A stretch of 64,000 nucleotides of DNA from assembly GCF_009914755.1 (NCBI RefSeq), contig NC_060931.1; one strand, 5' to 3'. The DNA comes from the human T2T-CHM13v2.0 reference genome, Homo sapiens. Each line of letters starts with the position of its first letter. The first letter of the stretch is position 1. The position numbers were made by a program, and so were the translations under genes. Shown piece by piece: positions 12,582 through 24,766 of this stretch. The notes below the pieces were generated by a model. That model saw only the letters and a list, made by a program, of their open reading frames with translations. It was not told the origin of the DNA and made no database searches.

Positions 12582-13060
12582 TGTCTAATAACAACAGCAA
12601 ATATCTAAATTGATAAGGTAATAAACTATGAGAAATATCTATGAAAGCAACTCAATATAACCAGAATGTTTATGAAGAAAAGATATGGGAAAGTTTTATC
12701 ATGTTACAGTTTACTATTCAAAGCAATTATTCAATCATTTTGTGCTCAACAGGAGCTCACCAAGTTTCTGGCAAATTGTTTGTCATGAACTGAGGATTAA
12801 CAAAGTCACAATATTCACTGAAAGTGTGTGGAGATTCAGTTGCCTGTATAACATTTTTTTTTCTTATTTGAGTGTTATGCAAATGATTATTGGCTTTTCC
12901 TGAAATTGAAGTCATTTCGTAGCTCTTCAATTCTGGGCCTTTTTTGAGAAATGATGACACACAGAAGAAAACTTTTAGATACGGATGGCAAATCACCATA
13001 AGCATAAGCATATAACTATCAGTTACTAAATTCAATTCCATAATATATCTCAAAAATGTG

Positions 13061-13349
13061 TTTATTTTGAGACAGGGTCTCGCTCTGTTACTTAGACTAG
13101 AGTGAAGAGGCATGATCTCAGCTCATTGTAACCTCCACCTCCTGGGCTCAAACTATCCTCCTGCCTCAGCCTCCAGAGTAGCTGAGACTACAGGTACACT
13201 CCACCATGCCTGGCTAATTTTTGTACTTTTCGTAGAGATGGGGTTTTGCTATGTTGCCCAGGCTGGTCTCAAACTCCTGGCATCAAGCCATCCACCTGTT
13301 TGGCTTACCAAAGTGCTGGGATTCCAGGGGTAAGCCACTATACCTAGCC
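13061..13349 (-). mobile_element. Alu, AluJ-like
   Basis: gagacagggtctcgctctg, cctgggctcaaactatcctcc, ttgctatgttgcccaggctgg (J diagnostics); eroded tail. Confidence 0.93.
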
Positions 13350-14049
13350 AATATTGTAAATAAACTATGATTTCAAAACATAGTGAAATTTTTAAAAAGT
13401 TAGGGAGAAGAAAAAGTTCCTCTGGGAAAAGTAAAGCAATATTATGAAGAAAACTTATTTGAAAATTTATTAAGAATCAAGACACATTCAGCTACCAGGC
13501 ACTCAGTAGATGATCCAGGGCAATGAAATGCAAATGTTCTGTGAAATTGAACTGATTCTTTAGTAGTATCTTATGTATGTTTAATAGAACTAGTATTTTC
13601 ACTGATTTTTAACTTTACACTTTGAACTTTTTCAATATCCTTCTCATTTTAATTAAAGATAGTTTACAGGTATTGGGAGTGGAGGAGGCAGTTATAATCA
13701 TAATTAAAATAAGAGGATTATCTTAGTCTAGGTCAAGAAATCTTCCCTATGGGTGGGCTTAGGAAAGCCCATAGAAATTGATGAGAGCAATTTCCAGTTC
13801 TCCAGCTGGGGTTCCCTAGGTTATCACTATTGATGAACATTTAAGAACCACAAATGTGGCAGTTCGTTGGGCTAGATCTGTGGTAAATACATTGCAGAAC
13901 TACTCACTTTAATTGGTAAATGACCTTGTAAATCTGACTTTTATCATTACTGATAGTTTTGTCCTGTCAGTATTAAATCATGATTATTTAAAGCATTAAG
14001 AAATAAAATAAAGACTTTATTTTTTACTTTTTATTTCAAGCATCATTAT

Positions 14050-14730
14050 AGTTTTTCAGAAAAACTTTTTTAAAATTAAAGTGCAACATATGAATGAGTA
14101 TACATCTTAAGAATGTGTAATCCAGTTTGCAGATCAATGACCATACCAAGAAACCACCTTTGAACCAAGACATTTTCTTCCCATTCCAGGGATAACAACC
14201 ATCCCAATACTATGAAAGGAGTGTGCTTGTTTACAAACTTAATTTAAATATCATTATGCATTAATACTTTTTAAAGTCTGAATTCTTTTACTCCATGATA
14301 TATCTGTAAAATTTTTTAAAGTTTTGGTTGTAGTTGTAGTTTAACTCTCATTAATTTATCTTATTCCATTATATGATTACACCACAAAATAACTAATTTA
14401 TTCTATGGTTCATAGGTATTTAGGTTGTTTAATTTGGGGATATTAATTTAGATATTACTCTATAAACCTGGAGCACATGCCTTTATAAAATGTAGGTATG
14501 CATTTTTGAGTATATAAATGGTACTGTTTTTTTGATTCATAGGTGTAAAAATATTACCCTATAGTTAGATAAGGCCTAAGAGTTTTCCAACATGGATGTA
14601 TCAATTTGCACTCCCACCAGCACTGTTCAAGAGTTCCTACTACTTCACATAACCTTTTTTTTTTAAATAGCTTCTAGTTATGTGATGGGCATTTAATCAT
14701 ATCTAATTATTTTTATCATCAGGAAAATTC
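14050..14730 (-). mobile_element. old L1 (L1ME/L1MD-type) 3' fragment
   Basis: ttccattatatgattacaccaca, gttttccaacatggatgtatcaatttgcactcccaccagca..gagttcc. Confidence 0.75.
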
Positions 14731-14740
14731 ATATAAAAAC

Positions 14741-17700
14741 TTTTTTTAACTTTTATTTTAGGTTCAGGGTATGTGTGGAGGTTTGTTACATAGGTAAATG
14801 GCATGACACGAAGGTTTGATGTAAAGACTATTTCATCCCCTAGGTAAGTAGCATAGTACCTGATAGGTAATTATTTGATCCTCACCTTCCTCTCACCCTC
14901 CACTCTGAATTAGGCTCCAGTATCTATTGTTTCCTTCTTTGTGTCCATGTATGCTCAATGTATAGCTCCCACTTATAAGTGATAATATGTGGTATGTGGC
15001 TTTCTGCTCCTTCAATAGTTTGCTAAGGATAATGGCCTCCAGTTCCACCCATGTTGCTGCAAAAGACATTATATTCTTTTTAATGGTTACATAGTACTCT
15101 ATGGTATATACGTACCAAATTTCTTTATCCAGTGTACCACTGATGGACATTTAAGTTGGTTCCATGTCTTTGTACTTGTGAAGAGTATTGAGATGAATAT
15201 ATGTGTGCATGTGTCTTTATGGTAGAATAATTTATATTAGTTTGGAAATATATTCAATTATGGGATTGCTTGGTCAAATGATAGTTCTGTTTTAAGTTCC
15301 TTGAAAAATTGCCAACTGCTTTCCACGATGGCTGAGCTGATTTACATTCCTTCCAGCAGTGCGTAAGTGTTACATTTTCTCTGCAGCCTTGCCAGTGTCC
15401 GTTAGTTTTTGACTTTTTATTAATAGCCATTCTGACTTTGTCAGATGGTATCTCATTGTAGTTTTGACTTGCATTTCTCTAATGATTAGTCATCTTAAGT
15501 ATTTTTTCATATACTTGTTGGAAACTTGTATATCTTCCTTTTAAAAGTGTCTGTTCGTGTCCTTTGCCCACTTTTTACCATTTTCTTTCTTGTAAATTTG
15601 TTTCTGTTTCTTATAGGTTCTGGATTATTAGACTTTCGTCAGATGCATAGTTTGCAAAAATTTTCTCCCATTCCCATTCTATAGGTTGTCTGTTAACTCT
15701 AGGTTGTCTGTTAACTCCCTTGATAGTTTTTTTTTTTTCTGTGCAGAAGCTCTTTAATTTAATTAGATCACATTTGTCAATTTTTGTTTTTGTTGGAATT
15801 GCTTTTGGTGTTTTCAGCATGAAATCCTTGCCAGGGCCTATGTCCAGAATGATATCCCATAATTGGTATTTCCTAGGTTTTCTTCAAGGGTTTTTATACT
15901 TTTAGGTTTTACATCTAACGCTCTAATCCATCTTGAGTTGATTTTTTTGTATCTGGTATAAAGAAGGGGTCCAGTTTCAATCTTCTGCAAATAGCTAGCC
16001 AGTTACTCCAGCACTATTTATTGAATAGGAAGTCCCTTCCCCATTGCTTATTTCTGTCAACTTTGTTGAAGACCAGATGGTTGTAGGTGTGTAGTTTTAG
16101 TTCTGTGCTCTCTATTGTGTTCTATTTGTATATGTGTCTGTTTTTGTACTGGTATCTAGCTGTTTTGGTTACTGAATCCTTGTAGTATAGTTTGAAGTTA
16201 AGTAGTATGATGCCTCCAGCTTTGATCTTTTTGCTTAAGATTGGTTTGGCTATTCAGGCTCTTTTTGGCTTCCAAATGAATTTTACAATAGCTTTTTCTA
16301 ATTCTGTGAAAAATATCATTGGCAGTTTGATAGGAATAGCACTGAATATGTAAATTGCTTTGGGCAACATCGCCTGTTTTTTTTTTTTTTTTTTTGAGGC
16401 AGAGTCTCACTCTATCACCCAGGCTGCAGTGCAGTGGCACAGTCTTGGCTCACTAAAACCTTCGCCTCCTGGGTTCAAGTGATTCTCATGTTTCAGCCAC
16501 CTGAGTAGTTGGGATTACAGGCACATGCCACGAGGTCAGGCAAATTTTTGTATTTTTAGTAGAGATGGGGTTTTGTGTGCTGCCCAGGCTGGTCTGGAGC
16601 TCCTGGTCATAAGTGATCCTCCCTCCTCAGCCTCCTGGGTACTGGGATTACAGGCATGAGCCACCATGCCTGGCTTAATATTGCCATTTTAACAATATTA
16701 GTTCTTCCTATCCATTAGCATAGAATGTTTATTTGTTGGTGTCATCTCTGATTTCTTTCAGCAGCATTTTGTAACTCTCAAGTTACTGTTTCACCTCCCA
16801 GGTTAGCTCTATTAATAGGTACTTTAGGTTTTTGTGTGTGTGTATGTGGCTATTGTGAATGTGATTGTGTCCTTGATTTGGCTTGGACATTGTTGGTGTA
16901 TAGAAATGCTACCAATTTGTGTACATTGATTTTGTATTTTGAAACTTTGCTGAAGTTTTTTATCAGATCTAGGTGCTTTTGGGCAGAGACTACGTGGTTT
17001 TCTAGGTATTAAATCATATCATCTGCAAACAGAGATGGTTTGTCTTCCTCTTCATATTTGGATGCCTTTTATTTCTTTCTCTTGACCGATTTTTTCTGGC
17101 TAGGACATCTAGTATTATGTTGAATGGGAGTGGTGACAGTGGGCATTCATGTCTTATTCTGGTTCTCAAGGAGACTGATTTCAGCTTTTGTCCATTCAGT
17201 ATGACATAAGTTGTGGGTTTGTCACAGATTTCTCTTAATTTTTTGAGTCATATTCCTTCAATGCCTAGTTTGTTGACAGCTTTTAACAAGAAGGGATGTT
17301 GAATTTTATTGACAGCCTTTCTTGAATCTATTGAGGTGATCATGTGGTTTTTGTTTTTAGTTTTATGTGGTGAATCACATTTATTGATTTACATATATTG
17401 AACCGAACTTGCACCTGTGGGATAATGACTTTATCATGGTGGATTAACTTTTTGATTTGCTGCTGGATTTAGTTTGCTAGTATTTTATTGACAATTATTG
17501 TATCTATGTTCATCAAGGATACTGGCCTGAAGTTTTCTTTCTTAGCTGTGTTTCTGCCAGGTTTTGGTATCAGAATGATACTGGTCTCATAGAAGGAGTT
17601 AGGGAGGAGGTCCTCCTTAGTTTTTTGAAAGTTTCAATAGGAATGGTACCAGCTCTTCTTTATAGGTCTGGTAGAATTAGGCTGTTAATCTGGCTGGTCT

Positions 17701-19780
17701 AGGGCTTTTTCTGGATGGTAGGCTTTTTATTACCTATTAAATTTCAGAACTCATTATTGGTCTGTTCAGGGTTTCAATTTCTTCCTCACTTAATCTTGGC
17801 ATGTTGTATGTTTCCAGGAATTTATCCAGTTGTTGTAGGTTTTTTAGTTTGTGTGCACAGAGGTGATTATAATAGTCTCTGAGGGCTTTTTGTATTTCTG
17901 TTGGATTGCTCGTAATGTCCTCTTTGTCAAGTCTGTGTTTATTTGGATCTTCTTTCTTTCTTTTTTGTCTAACTAGCAATCTATTAATCTTATTTATTCT
18001 TTCAAAAAGACAAATTTTGGTTTCATTGATCTTTTGTATGGTTTCCACATCTCAATTTTATTTAGTTTCTCCATTCATTTACTTTCAGCTTATGAATGTC
18101 ATTGCATGCGAGATGGCTCACTTGAAGACAACATACAGTTGGGTCTTGTTACTTAATTCATCTTGCCACTCTGTGCCTTTTAACTGGGGACATTTAACCC
18201 ATTTACATTTGAGTTTAATATTCATATGTATGAATTTGATCCTATCATTTTTTTTTAGCTGGATATTATGCAGATTTGATTGGGTAGTTGCTCTATAGTG
18301 TCAAAGGTCTATGCACTTAAGTGTGTTTTGTGATTGTTGGTAACAGTCTTTTGTTTCTATGTTTAACATTCCCTTAAAGACCTCTTGTAAAGCAGATCTG
18401 GTGGTAATATATTTCCATAGCAGTTTCCTATCTAAAAAGGATTTTATTTCTCATTCGCTGATGAAGCATAGTATAGCTGGATATGTAATTCCTGTTTGGA
18501 GTTTCTTTAAAAATGCTGAATATAGGCCCCTAATCTTTTCTGACTTGTAGGATTTCTGGTGAAAGGTCCACTGTTAGCCTGATGGGGTTCACTTTGTAAA
18601 TGACCTGCCCATTCTCTATAACTGCTTTTAATATTTTTTTCTTTCATGTCAACCTTAGAGAATCTGATGACTATGTATCTTGATTATGGTCACCTTATGT
18701 AGTATCTCACAGGTGTTCTCTGCATTTCCTGAATTTAAATGTTGGCCTGCCTAGCAAGATTGAGGAAATTTTCATGAATGCCATCCTCAAATATGTTTTC
18801 CACATTGCTTGCTTTCTCTCTCTCTCTCTTTCAGGGATGCCAAAGAGTCATACATTTGGTCTCTTGACCCAATCTCATATTTCTCATAGATTTTGTTCTT
18901 TCTTTTTTACCATTTTTGTCCGAGTTAATTTGGAGAATCAGTCTTCAAGCTTGCAGAATCTTTTCTCAGTTTGGTCTGTCCTGTTGTTCATACTTGCAAC
19001 TGTATTATGAAATTCTTGTAGTGGCTTTTGCAGCTCTATCAGATCATTTTTTTTTTCTTAAAATGGCCATTTTCTCCTTTAGCTCCTGTATTGTTTTACT
19101 TTATTTCTTAGATTGTTTGGATTGGGTTTCCACTTCTTCTGAATCTTTATAATTTTTGTTCCTATCCATATTCTGAATTTTAAGACTATCATTTCAGCCA
19201 TTTCAGCTTGGTTAAGAAGCATTGCTGGGGAGCTAGTGCAGTTATTTGGAGACAAGAAGACATTGGTTTTTTCAGTTGTCAGAGTTCTTGAGCTTCTTCT
19301 TTCTCATCCGTATGGGTTGATGTTCCTTTAAACTTTGAAGTTGTGGTTGTTTGGATCAGACTTTTTGCTTTTATCTTCTCTCATGCATTTGAGGGTTTTA
19401 TTGTGGTATAAAGTGGGATCAGTCAACTGGCTTCATTTCTTGAAGACTTCGGGGGGCCAAAGTTCAGCTTAGCACTCCTGCTTTCATGCTCTAACCCTAG
19501 GGTGCTTGTATTGGGCCTCTGGTTTCATACTCTGGCCCCTTGAGGTTAGAAACTGCTGCACTAGAGAGGCAAAGGTATACCCAGTTCACTGGCCACAAGA
19601 ATCCAGTGGAAGATACTGGCCAAAGCGCTTCATCAGGGTGGTGGCAGTTGGATCTATGCTCACTCACACGTACCAGCAGCATTGGTAATGCAGCAGGGTA
19701 CACATGTATCAGCTAGGCTGAGGCACTGGTGGGAGTAGGGCAGTGGCATCCTCGTGTGTATTTGCACCAGCCCAGATGTC
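14741..19780 (-). mobile_element. L1PA14/15-like LINE-1, near full length: 3'UTR, ORF2 with internal deletion, ORF1, partial 5'UTR; Alu inserted
   Basis: acttttattttaggttcaggg 3' end; ORF2 remnants ([25 protein letters not shown]; [20 protein letters not shown]); ORF1-like 18400-19200; GC-richer UTR-like 19200-19780. Confidence 0.92.
16377..16675 (-). mobile_element. Alu (AluJb/old AluS-like) nested in L1 ORF2
   Basis: poly(T), two arms, ends ccatgcctggc; L1 resumes either side with a diverged TSD aacatcgcc..tttt / aatattgccatttt. Confidence 0.94.
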
Positions 19781-19794
19781 TCTTAACTTAGCTG

Positions 19795-19950
19795 TACCAG
19801 AAAATGAGTTCATAACAATTGAGGAGGCTGGGAAGTCCAAGATCAATGTGCCAGCAGATTTGCTGTCTGCTGAGGGCTCATTGTCAGCTTCAGAGGGGTA
19901 CATTGTTGCTGCATCCTCACATGGTGGAAGAAGTGAAAGGGTGAACATCT
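19795..19950 (-). mobile_element. MaLR LTR fragment (MST/MLT1A-like)
   Basis: ggaggctgggaagtccaagatcaatgtgccagcagatttgctgtctgctgagggc...tcctcacatggtggaag. Confidence 0.8.
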
Positions 19951-20269
19951 TTTTATTTGAAAGTGTTAATAAAATAGTGTATAATAATTGTCCCAAAATA
20001 AAAATTTTCCATTCATATGTTGTTTTAAAATGTAAGGAAATAGCCATTTTAAACATTCTCAATATTGCTGTGATCATTCACACCACCTTTTTTTTGTTTT
20101 GTTTTAATTTAAAGGAAAAAGTTTCTATTGTCAGGATGGTAATTTAGATGTCTAAAACTTTAGAAGTTACATTTCTTCTTTCATGATTTGCATAAGCTAA
20201 ATGAATTAATGTGGGTATGAAATAAGTACATGTTATTATCAAAAGCCAATTTGCAAAACAAACTAGAGT

Positions 20270-20335
20270 ATGTGTAGGTAAACATATATAAATACATATA
20301 TACATGCATATACACATATACACATGTATCTATAG
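20270..20335. repeat. TA/CA-rich low-complexity repeat
   Basis: catatataaatacatatatacatgcatatacacatatacacatg. Confidence 0.7.
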
Positions 20336-21957
20336 CTCCATTACATCTGTAACTATAGTTTTTCACTTTAACAAAAGTGTAAATAAATATAGTGCCTTAT
20401 CAGTAAGTTCTTTTTGACATGGTTGTTAATGTTTCCTTCAACAGCTAAAATGACCCTTGGTAAGTAGGAAACTAAATAGAAAACTGAGGGAAAACACATC
20501 CAAATGAATAGCAGGCTTAATAATTAATCTATTTCAGCAGCATTTTGAGTTGAATAGATCTAAAGATTTATTATGAGTTGGTGCAAGGAATACAAAATCT
20601 AGGAAAACATATGCCAAACAGTTATATATGGAGAAGTACATTGAGCTTGGGGTATGGTAACCTGTCACTATCAATATTTGCTTTATATCCATTGGAATTT
20701 TAAGGAAAATTTGCAAGGAGCATGTCTTTGTGGATGATTTGTTATTTAAAAATATCTTAAAATGTGAAAAGAATAAAAATCTTATATCTTTTCAGTACCT
20801 CATTCTATTCTAGCATTCTGGAATTCTGGGCAATATCAAAAAATTTTTTCAGATACAGCATTTATTCTTTACAAAGTGTCTTTGGAGTATTTCTTTAAAG
20901 AGATTTTGTTGTAAGATTATAATTTGTTAAAACACAGATTGCCTAATAATTTTGCAAAGTATTTTCACATGTCAATGGGTATACATGAGTTTCTTTTTGC
21001 TGAAAAAAAGTGCTCATTCAATTATTTATTTTCATTGCTATTGCATACCTTCTTCTATTAGTCCCAATGTCACTAAGCTAATAGAATGTGAAAATCTGCC
21101 TGAAACAAATACACACGTATTTTTATTTTACATATAACATTTTCTGAAATGGAGAACAAATACTAAAAAAAGAGAGAATCTAAGTGTATAATAATGTTGA
21201 CTCCAGTCTTTAATTTCCATTAAACCTGTCCCCATTTCTTTTTGACTCTGGGCATATTTCCTGTTTTAGCTAGTACAGCAATAGTAAATAATGTTTTAAC
21301 ATTGTGAATGCACTTTTTAATTCAATGAATAAAGGGAAAATGTTATTTTTCATTCTCATTCCAATGTGCATTGTAAGAATTATTCAAGGGAAAGAAACCC
21401 ACAGTAGAAATGATATTCCATAAAAGTTATAATTTAATATTTTCCTGGCTTTACTAATTTACTTTTTCCTCTGCTTTCTGTGATATTTTCTGCTGATAAA
21501 AGTTCCATATTTCAAATGGGGTCTTAAAATCTATTAGATTTTTACAGAGCTAAACCAATTTCTTAAGGACATAAAATACATTCAAAATGCCCTGATTATG
21601 GATAAACCTGTAGGAAGTAAAATTTTAAATGAAATATTTCATCAAAATATGAATGATGATAAAATAATAACTGACAAGAAGAAGACTATTTGTTTTACCA
21701 TCTTGTATTATTTTTCAGATAATATATATTCTTAACAAGTAGCTAGTAGCTTTTCTTTTAACAAGAACATCGCTGGTAATTTGCTAACAAAGATACAGTG
21801 TCAATGTTTATTAAGAAAAGTTAATGATTTTGAGTATACATAAATTAGAACTAAATTGCAGTTTTAGAATATTGAGTGGAAAAACTTACCAAGTATAAAA
21901 TGACAAGAAACAGAGAATTGTGAAGCAATAGAATACTCATTTTAAAAAGTATAATAC

Positions 21958-22234
21958 AGCCAGGAACACTTTCTCACTTTTGTAATCCCAAAACTTTGGG
22001 AGTCCAAGGTGGGTGGATCATCTGAGGACAGGATTTGAGATTAGCCTGGGCAATATAGCAAGATCCCATCTCTGAAAAAAAAATGCGGGTGTGGTGTCAC
22101 ATGATTATAGTCTTAGCTACTTGGAAGGCTGACACAGTAGGATCACGAGCCCAGGTGTTTGAGGCTTCAGTTAGCACTACACTCCAGCCTCAGCAACAAA
22201 GCAAGACCCTGTCTCAGAAATAAATAAATAAAAA
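21958..22234 (+). mobile_element. Alu, AluJo-like, strongly diverged
   Basis: tgtaatcccaaaactttggg, agcctgggcaatatagcaagatcccatctct, tttgaggcttcagttagc, gcaagaccctgtctc, (TAAA)n tail. Confidence 0.9.
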
Positions 22235-24732
22235 CTATAAGTTATTTGACAAAGAAATAAAATAAACAAAAATGGTGATGTCATATAATGACAAAAAATG
22301 ACAATACATTACGGAACTTGAACTGATTTATGTTTTCTAGCAAGAAGTTGTGAAATAAGTTTTTTGATAAGTAAGATAAATGTACAAATTTCTCAGATGC
22401 AAGTGATGTAATTCTAGAATAGCCAATAGGCTAGAAAATCTTATATGACTAAGCAGTTTAACCCAATGTTTACACCATTCTTAAGCTTATAAAAAATATC
22501 TTTAAGTGGCAAGGACCACATTCCAGTTTACTTTGAAAATGGTATTTACTAAAGATCCTTATAAAATTCTGCAAATTATGAAAAGTTACTTAGAAAAAGT
22601 AAATAATTAATTAGTTCAATCTACAGAAAATGATATACATCTGATTCACTTTATAGTGGTATTTACCTTGTTGCAATGGGCTGGACCCTATCCCACATCT
22701 CTAAGGTTTGTTACTACAATTTAGTTTATAAAAGAATTTTCAAAATATAGTCTTTATTGTCACTTGTCATCTGGAGGTTACCATATTCTAGATCATGAAA
22801 AATACTGAATGGCAACCTTCTCAATTTAAGCTGTATTAAGTAATGGGACAAATCTTGTTCTGGGTATACGTAAGCCTGAATTTAGAATTCTGCTCTGGTA
22901 AAAATAGTTAATCCTTGGGCTAAGGGCTAATTTTAACATGTTGTAGAAAGTTTAAATATCCAGAACATGCAAATGTTAACCTGATTAATAAATAATGCCA
23001 ATATAGTTGTTTTGTCAGTAATACTGGTAAAAATCAAAAGGGTAAGAAAACTGTAAGAAAATAAAGAAATAATCTGTGCAAATATATTTGAAGATTAAAA
23101 TTAGTTATGCAAATGCAAGTTCTTATGGTTAATCTTATAATTATTCAGTGATCATCAGCATCTAGTTTTTAAAATTAGAAACAAATTGTAGCCGTTGTTG
23201 CTTTTAATCAAGAGACAAGGAAAACCCATTTGATCGTTTGTCCAAACAATTTGGTGCTCCATAGCCCTGACATTTGCCTTGTTTTCAAAAGTTCTTTAAA
23301 AATTAGTAGCGTTTCCTGAAATTTCAGGGACGTTTATCTGAATATATTCCTGCGAAAAATATAGCTCAATTTTATATCTCTGAACATCATCTAGTTACAC
23401 TAGTGTTACAAAGCTGCCTTAAAAGCATTCTTCTTAAGACATTATATTTTTTAAATTAAAGAAAAGTGATCTTTGAATGCATTGAAGTATTATTTGCTTA
23501 TTTTGCAAGTTTCCTTGAATTACTGTGGTATGTTGGTGCATTTCAGGATAATAGACTCCATTAGACAGCTCAAATAAATAGGGACTAATTTAAAGACTAC
23601 AAAAATATATTTTATTGTTGTAGAATACTTTTTTCTCCATGTCATTAGGAGATGAGTCCAAAGGTAATGATGTTTATGGTACATAAGAGTCACCATTGAG
23701 GTGACATAGTTCTCGTCAGGGCACTGAGAGATACACTAGATACTGTTTTTGGAAGAGTTCTAAATCCTGTATTTTTTTAGATATTCTCATTCCTAAATGC
23801 ACTAGTATGAGGAACTTGATTTCGAGTATTTCAAGTCATATTTGTTGTAAAAGTATTCATTTGATATATTTTTATGCTTAGAAGTACGTAGTAAAAACAA
23901 ACCATCGAGCCAATATTGCTATTAAATAGAGATCAATTATAAGTCTCATAGAAAAACTGAACTTTAACAAAAAGCTTTGGGGAAATAAAGAACATTATTT
24001 GTACTTGGAAAAGTGGACGATCATCTAAATGTTACTATGGTATATTTTATAACCATGTTACAATTGCCTTTCATTTTTACTTGCAGTGATACAAAATCGC
24101 AAGCTGGTATAAAATATTCATAAATAAAAGAGTAGAGATAAAAATGTGTGTGCTATATAGAAAACTCTGAATTTTTCGTTTACATTATTCATTAACTACA
24201 GATGTAGCAATATAATGGAATTTGGGATTTGCCATTGAAGTTATGTGCCCCATATTTCTATGTGACTACATAAACTACTTAAGCAGTATACAAGTACTTT
24301 AAAAAAATTGAAAATGTACTGAATGTTCACGTTGGATGAACCCTACAATTTGTCCAAAAGCCTAAGAAATTCATTCACTAGAAAACAATCATAAAAAGAA
24401 AAGTCTTTGACATTTTACAAAAATCACATAATTCCTATTGCTTTTCAGTTCATTTTCCTGAGTGAAGTTAACCATACAATAGATAAAATGATTATTTCAT
24501 TTTTAATTTTATAAATTTGGAGATAATTTTATGGAAGAATCTTGGGTTTTTACACAAGGCTATCTGCTTTTCTAAGAGAGAAGAATTTGTCAATTAACAT
24601 ATCTCATGCAACCATATTGCTCAATTCTATATAAATCAATTTAGGTAGAACTTACATGCTACCATCAGGGAGAAAAGAAAAAGAAATCATGGTCTCTGTC
24701 TTCAAGAAGCTACAATCTTACTGTGGAAATTA

Positions 24733-24766
24733 TACATATATATATATATATGTGTGTGTATATATA
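24733..24766. repeat. (TA)n(TG)n microsatellite
   Basis: tacatatatatatatatatgtgtgtgtatatata. Confidence 0.85.

Noticed and set aside
17737-18298. 103-aa minus and 130-aa plus ORFs
   Set aside because: The minus ORF is a decayed L1 ORF2 fragment and the plus ORF is its T-rich antisense shadow.
19709-20147. Overlapping 122-aa and 134-aa ORFs
   Set aside because: They span an L1 5'UTR end, a MaLR LTR fragment and AT-rich flank, with no domain similarity.
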